From positions 43,003 to 107,002 of the forward strand of contig JBCCYW010000001.1 in NCBI GenBank assembly GCA_039188945.1: DNA of 64,000 nt, written 5' to 3'. Shown piece after piece: positions 58,874 to 64,000 of this stretch (positions within the stretch are counted from its first letter, which is position 1; each line of letters begins with the position of its first letter). This DNA is from Patescibacteria group bacterium. Its GTDB lineage: Bacteria > Patescibacteriota > Minisyncoccia > Phycocordibacterales > UBA918. Both the position numbers and the translations under genes were made by a program. The notes beneath the pieces were generated by a model, which did no database searches, was not told the DNA's origin, and was given only the letters and a program-made list of their open reading frames with translations.

Positions 58874-59980
58874 ATGTTTCATAACGTCGACAAGATACTC
58901 CTCCTCTTAACTGGGCTCTTGGTGATTGTTGGGTATTTTATTTTCTCCTCTGCTTCACTTGGACTGCTGGCTCGTGATGGCGCCTCTTTCTCTTCGGTGG
59001 CGTTCTCACAATTTATCTTTGGCATTGTTGGTGGGGGAGCAGCGCTTTTGATCACTAGTCATATCCACTATCGGCATTGGCGTAAGTACGCGTTTTATAT
59101 TTTTATTATCGGCCTCATACTTACGCTAGCGGTATTTATTCCTGGTCTTGGCTTTAGCTACGGTGGAGCGACTCGCTGGATTAGCTTAGGATCCTTCACC
59201 TTTCAACCAGCCGAGATTCTGAAGATTGCGTTTGTGATCTACATGGCGACCTGGCTATCTGGCACCTATCGTTCAATCGAAACCTATAAGAAAGGGTTAT
59301 TTCCGTTTATTGGGTTACTTGGATTAGTGGGAGTCGTGATGCTCCTCCAGCCTGATACCGACACCTACGCCATTATGGTCATGGCAGCGGTGGCGATGTT
59401 TTTAACTGCTGGCGGTAGCTGGCGACACATCGCTATGATGGGAGTTGGTGGACTGATCTTGATTGCTATTCTGGCTTTCTCACGGCCATACATTATGGAT
59501 CGACTAACTACGTTTATCGACCCTTCACTCGATCCGCTTGGCAAGAGTTATCAGGTACAACAATCACTTATTGCGGTTGGCTCTGGTGGAGTTTCAGGGC
59601 GCGGGTTTGGACAGAGTATTCAAAAGTTTGAATACTTACCGGAACCAACTGGTGACTCTATTTTTGCTGTCTACGCCGAGGAGTTTGGATTTATTGGTAC
59701 AAGTGTATTGATTTTGCTCCTCACGTTCTTTGTCTTTCGAGGGTACAAGATTGCTGCCCAAGCTAAAGACTTATTCGGCATGTTACTAGTAGTTGGATTT
59801 ATGACCGTCATAATTGCTCAGGCTTTTCTCAATATTGCTGCCATGTTGAGCTTGGCTCCATTGTCGGGATTACCACTACCGTTTATCAGTCACGGTGGTA
59901 CGGCCCTGTTGGCCTTATTAGCTTCGATTGGTATCGTTCTCAATGTATCGAAATTTAAAAAACCCGTTCGTGGTGCGTGA
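58874..59980 (+). CDS. ftsW: SEDS peptidoglycan glycosyltransferase FtsW
   Basis: GATRW, QPAE..K, QPD, LPEP..D.IF, LPFISHGG. Confidence 0.92.
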   Translation: MFHNVDKILLLLTGLLVIVGYFIFSSASLGLLARDGASFSSVAFSQFIFGIVGGGAALLITSHIHYRHWRKYAFYIFIIGLILTLAVFIPGLGFSYGGATRWISLGSFTFQPAEILKIAFVIYMATWLSGTYRSIETYKKGLFPFIGLLGLVGVVMLLQPDTDTYAIMVMAAVAMFLTAGGSWRHIAMMGVGGLILIAILAFSRPYIMDRLTTFIDPSLDPLGKSYQVQQSLIAVGSGGVSGRGFGQSIQKFEYLPEPTGDSIFAVYAEEFGFIGTSVLILLLTFFVFRGYKIAAQAKDLFGMLLVVGFMTVIIAQAFLNIAAMLSLAPLSGLPLPFISHGGTALLALLASIGIVLNVSKFKKPVRGA

Positions 59981-59998
59981 TAAACTTCTGATATGAGT

Positions 59999-60110
59999 CC
60001 CGTTAGAGTCTGCGGCGGCGCACTTATAAGTATTTATATTTCTATACCATGGTCGAAAAAAATAATCTTTCAGGCATAAAGCTTCTGAACGACAGCCTGC
60101 CTCTAACGGG
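59999..60110. mobile_element. Small TIR-bounded (MITE-like) element, copy 2
   Basis: CCCGTTAGAG...CTCTAACGGG flanked by ATGAGT / ATGAGA; right flank is the murG start. Confidence 0.65.
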
Positions 60111-61223
60111 ATGAGAATTGGGTTTGTTGGTGGAGGCAGTGGGGGACATTTTTACCCTTTAATTGCTGTGGCTGAGAGTCTTAATCAAGCTCCAGAAAAA
60201 CCCGAGCTATATTACTTTGGGCCAACTGCTTACAACCAAGACATCCTCGACCAGCACAGCATTACCTTCATAAGAATCCCGGCCGGAAAGTTACGACGAT
60301 ACTTCTCAATTCAGAATTTTATCGACATCTTTCGTAACTTCGTCGGCCTTTTGGTTGCGTTCTATCAATTATTTAGGGTTTATCCCGACGTGATTTTTAG
60401 TAAAGGTGGCTATACCAGTGTGCCAGTACTCCTCATTGCTCGCTGGTACCGAATCCCAGTAGTCATTCACGAATCTGATGCCGTACCAGGGAAAGCCAAT
60501 AAACTAGCCGCTCCGTTTGCAAGATATATTGCTATTTCATACGACGACGCTGCGCAGTTTTTTCCTCCGGAAAAAACTGCGCTTACCGGTATTCCCATGC
60601 GCTTTGGCATTATCCAGCCACACCAAAACCCATTCACAGCTCTCGGGCTCGATCCAGCTATACCGGTTATTTATGTGACGGGCGGCTCTCTGGGAGCAGA
60701 GCGAATCAATAATCTCGTTCTTTCTTCGCTCACCAATCTCTTACCGCACTATCAAATCCTGCATCAAACCGGCCCCGTGCAAGAAGGTCTCGTAAAAGAA
60801 TCAGTTGCTGCCTTAATTAACGACCAGACATTGCGTAACCGTTACCACGTAATTGGGACAGGTTCGGTTGATTTTGTCTCCGCCGCCCTTGCAGCTGCGT
60901 CACTAGTGATTTCGCGCGCTGGTAGTACCACTATGTTTGAGATTGCTATCCACGGAAAACCATCCATCATCATCCCAATCCCAGAGGTAGTTAGTCACGA
61001 TCAGCGCACCAACGCCTACGCCTACGCCCGCACTGGCGCTGCCTCCGTGCTTGAGGAAGACAACCTCACCCCAAACTTGCTCACCGGAGAAATTAACTCT
61101 ATTATGACTGACCAAACCAAGTATCAAGAAATGGCAGGAGCAGCCAAACGCTTCACTGTAACGGATGCAGCACCAAAAATTGCTGCTCAATTAATACAGA
61201 TTGGAAACGAACATGGATCATAA
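60111..61223 (+). CDS. murG: UDP-GlcNAc:lipid I transferase MurG
   Basis: GGGSGGH..P, KGGY, HESD..PG.AN, GGSLGA, SRAG, Q..NA. Confidence 0.96.
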   Translation: MRIGFVGGGSGGHFYPLIAVAESLNQAPEKPELYYFGPTAYNQDILDQHSITFIRIPAGKLRRYFSIQNFIDIFRNFVGLLVAFYQLFRVYPDVIFSKGGYTSVPVLLIARWYRIPVVIHESDAVPGKANKLAAPFARYIAISYDDAAQFFPPEKTALTGIPMRFGIIQPHQNPFTALGLDPAIPVIYVTGGSLGAERINNLVLSSLTNLLPHYQILHQTGPVQEGLVKESVAALINDQTLRNRYHVIGTGSVDFVSAALAAASLVISRAGSTTMFEIAIHGKPSIIIPIPEVVSHDQRTNAYAYARTGAASVLEEDNLTPNLLTGEINSIMTDQTKYQEMAGAAKRFTVTDAAPKIAAQLIQIGNEHGS

Positions 61224-62640
61224 AGTAGTTACACGATTTGCCCCATCACCAACGGGTTATATGCATATTGGCGGAGTCCGTACCGCGCTGTTTGCCTTCC
61301 TTTATGCCAAGCAACAGGGTGGTGAATTTATTTTGCGCATTGAGGATACTGACAAAGAACGAGAAGTACCTGGCTCAATTGAGCATATTCAACAATCATT
61401 GCGTTGGCTTGGCATAGAATGGGAATATGGCCCAGACAAAGCTCATCCTGAGTGGGGGAGCGCGATTCAATCTGAGCGACTCGACACGTACAAACAATAT
61501 GTTGATGTACTACTTGAAAAAGGGTTAGCGTATTGTGATAAAACCGCTCCAGAAGAAATGGCCCGATTTCGCGAAGCTGATAAAGCTGCTGGGCGGCCAT
61601 TCCTATTCAGAAACCACCGACGGGAATGGCCATATGATGAAGGGTATCCCATTCGCCTCAAAGTGACTGATATCAAGCGATATGAATGGACTGACACGGT
61701 TCGTGGCCAGCTTTCTGCCGGTGAGGAGGCCTTGGATGATTTTATTATTATGAAAGCAGATGGGTATCCAACCTATAATTTTGCCCACATTATCGACGAT
61801 CTTCAGATGGGTGTAACCCACGTTATGCGCGGGGAGGAGTTTATTAGTAGTATGCCGAAGTTTTTGAGCTTATATGATGCTCTGGAAATTCCTTGGCCAA
61901 CATTTGTCACCTTGCCACCGATCATGGGTCCAGATGGAAAGAAGAAACTCAGTAAGCGAGACGGCGCGAAAGACTTACTCGAGTATCGTGATGATGGTTA
62001 CTTGCCCGAGGCAATGGCTAACTTCCTAGCTCTCATTGGGTGGAACCCAGGTAGTGAGCAAGAGTACTTTAACGCTGAAGAGTTGCTGCAAGCGTTTTCA
62101 CTAGAACGAATTCAAAAGTCAGGTGGAGTTTTTAATGAAGAAAAGCTGCAGTGGCTCAACAAACAACACATAGAGCATCTGCCAGAGCCAGAAAAGATCG
62201 ACTATGTACTTGAGGCGTTACCGACGTATGACAAACTCATTCTCACGCGCTTCGCACCCACCATACTAGAACGTGTACACACACAGACCGAAATCAGGCA
62301 GGCTGCTGAAGCAGGGGAGTATGCCTGGGCATTTGGCGACATCGAATACGATGCCAGCTTATTACAGTGGAAAAACGATGAATCAGAAGCAGCCAGCTTG
62401 CCGCGCCTGCAACAGGTGATTGTATTACTAGAAGCAGCTGACTTTACTTCGCCAGAAACAATCAAAACTAGTGTTTGGGCCTATGCCGAAGAGGTTGGGA
62501 AGGGAGAGGTCTTGTGGCCGACCCGAGTGGCCCTTACTGGACGAGAACAATCGCCTGATCCATTCACCTCAGCGTATATTTTAGGAAAAGATGAAGCTCT
62601 GCAACGCCTAACAGCAGCTTGTGCTAAAATAGAAGGGTGA
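61213..62640 (+). CDS. gltX: Glutamate--tRNA ligase
   Basis: RFAPSPTG.MHIG, LRIEDTD, THV.RGE, KLSKR. Confidence 0.96.
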   Translation: MDHKVVTRFAPSPTGYMHIGGVRTALFAFLYAKQQGGEFILRIEDTDKEREVPGSIEHIQQSLRWLGIEWEYGPDKAHPEWGSAIQSERLDTYKQYVDVLLEKGLAYCDKTAPEEMARFREADKAAGRPFLFRNHRREWPYDEGYPIRLKVTDIKRYEWTDTVRGQLSAGEEALDDFIIMKADGYPTYNFAHIIDDLQMGVTHVMRGEEFISSMPKFLSLYDALEIPWPTFVTLPPIMGPDGKKKLSKRDGAKDLLEYRDDGYLPEAMANFLALIGWNPGSEQEYFNAEELLQAFSLERIQKSGGVFNEEKLQWLNKQHIEHLPEPEKIDYVLEALPTYDKLILTRFAPTILERVHTQTEIRQAAEAGEYAWAFGDIEYDASLLQWKNDESEAASLPRLQQVIVLLEAADFTSPETIKTSVWAYAEEVGKGEVLWPTRVALTGREQSPDPFTSAYILGKDEALQRLTAACAKIEG

Positions 62641-63947
62641 AAAAGCCACCACCATTTCTGGCCTTTTTCTGTGGGCTCGTACTGCTTCCGAGCTTGTTTT
62701 GGGTGGCGGAACAAGTTGAAGCCAACTCCGAAATAGAGCGCCTGCAAGATCAAATCAGTGAACGCAGCGACCGTTTATCGGAGATTGAAGCAGAAATCAC
62801 ACGTTTTGAGTTGGCGCTCCTAGAAGTAGGTGCAGAACGAGAAACCTTGCAAAAAGCCATCAATCAACTTGAGCTGGAACGAAAAAAAGTTGTCGCTGAC
62901 ATTGCTTTTACAGAAAACAAAATTAGCTCAACCGACCTTGAGCTCAATAAACTGATTCTGGAGATTTCTCGCACAGAAGCTGACATTGAACAAAATCAAA
63001 CTGCCATAGCAGAGATTATACGTCAGATAGACGTGGTGGATGACGACACGCTCGTTGAAGTACTCTTGCAGCACGAACGTCTTTCAGACTTCTGGAGTAC
63101 GGTTGAACGATATCAAACTGTGCGTAATGAAATTGTAATTAAAGTAGAGGAACTAGAATCGCTGCAAGAATTACTAGTAAACAAGCGAGACGAAACAACC
63201 GAGCAGCGTGATCAGCTCGTTGCGCTTAAAGAACAATATGATGACCAGAGTCAGGTGCTATTAAATAATCGTGCCGAGCAAGCAGATTTACTGCAAGCAA
63301 CCAGAAACGAGGAGAGTGAATACCAACGTCTCTTGGACGAAAAACAGTCAGCTAGGGAGCAGATTTTGGCTGAATTACGATCATTTGAAGCAGAATTACA
63401 ATTTATTCTTGACCCAACCACCATTCCAACTCCTGGCACCCAAGTGTTTCAGTGGCCACTCAAGAACATTATAATTACGCAGTACTTTGGTGGTACTGAA
63501 TTCGCAAGACGCAACCCTGGTATTTATGGTGGGAGAGCGTATCATCCTGGTGTCGATTTTGGCGCACCACGAGGCACCCAGTTATTTGCTCCCTTAAGCG
63601 GAGTTGTCCGCGCGACTGGTAATACCGATGCAGTTCCGGGTTGTTATTCTTGGGGTAAATGGACACTTATCGATCATGCTAATGGCCTTTCGACGCTGTA
63701 TGCTCACCAGGACCTTATTTCTGTGACCCCAGGACAGACTGTCTCTACCGGCGAAATTATCGGCTACATCGGCAATACCGGCTTCTCAACTGGTCCGCAC
63801 TTGCACTTTAGTGTCTACGCTACCGATGGTGTCTCAGTACGCCAATTTAATGAAATTAAGACAGTCACGAGCTGTGGGCCAGCTTCGACTCCAGTAGCAG
63901 CGACCGAGGCGTACCTCGACCCGATGGACTATCTGCCACCAGCATAA
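62637..63947 (+). CDS. Coiled-coil M23 peptidase (EnvC/MepM-like)
   Basis: Signal/TM, long coiled coil, HPGVD, YAH, STGPHLHF. Confidence 0.9.
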   Translation: MKKPPPFLAFFCGLVLLPSLFWVAEQVEANSEIERLQDQISERSDRLSEIEAEITRFELALLEVGAERETLQKAINQLELERKKVVADIAFTENKISSTDLELNKLILEISRTEADIEQNQTAIAEIIRQIDVVDDDTLVEVLLQHERLSDFWSTVERYQTVRNEIVIKVEELESLQELLVNKRDETTEQRDQLVALKEQYDDQSQVLLNNRAEQADLLQATRNEESEYQRLLDEKQSAREQILAELRSFEAELQFILDPTTIPTPGTQVFQWPLKNIIITQYFGGTEFARRNPGIYGGRAYHPGVDFGAPRGTQLFAPLSGVVRATGNTDAVPGCYSWGKWTLIDHANGLSTLYAHQDLISVTPGQTVSTGEIIGYIGNTGFSTGPHLHFSVYATDGVSVRQFNEIKTVTSCGPASTPVAATEAYLDPMDYLPPA

Positions 63948-63949
63948 GC

Positions 63950-63998
63950 TGTGGATAAGTAGCCTTAAAATAGTGGATAAGTTGGGGAAGAGAGTGGT
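63950..63998. promoter_or_regulatory. DnaA-box-like / MraZ-repeat-like sites
   Basis: TGTGGATAA (perfect DnaA box, reversed) at 63950; AGTGGATAA at 63972; GTGG/GGGG/GTGG at 63973, 63984, 63994. Confidence 0.5.
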
Positions 63999-64000
63999 AC

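Overview
Core-genome segment of a small-genome bacterium. Gene content suggests Patescibacteria/CPR, Parcubacteria-like (inference): minimal UvrC, C-terminally truncated AlaRS and ATP synthase epsilon, archaeal-type non-discriminating AspRS, a sigma4-HARE-HTH protein and an FtsA-like/baseplate-J-like pair. It uses standard code 11 and almost all genes are on the + strand. It holds uvrA(3' end)-uvrC-ddl, tRNA-Ala(UGC), an F1Fo ATP synthase operon, an RND pump, ychF, leuS, mltG, mnmA, alaS, the infA-rpsI ribosomal cluster, grpE-dnaK-dnaJ, trpS, aspS, pepA, scpAB, dacA-mraY-ftsW-murG, gltX and an M23 peptidase. I found no CRISPR array, transposase, integrase or rRNA. The most unusual signals are non-coding. 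(1) A dispersed structured element with a covarying ~50-nt core and copy-specific flanking stems (19236-19331, 45795-45894). (2) Two CCCGTTAGAG...CTCTAACGGG elements with apparent target duplications at a stop and a start codon. (3) tRNA-Ala followed by degenerate copies carrying three same-geometry 27-nt hairpins. (4) A 6S-like RNA before atpB and a candidate sRNA before mnmA. (5) Orphan mini-genes with SD sites, one antisense inside the atp operon, against a background of apparently leaderless core genes. All product calls come from motif recognition by eye; no database searches were run.
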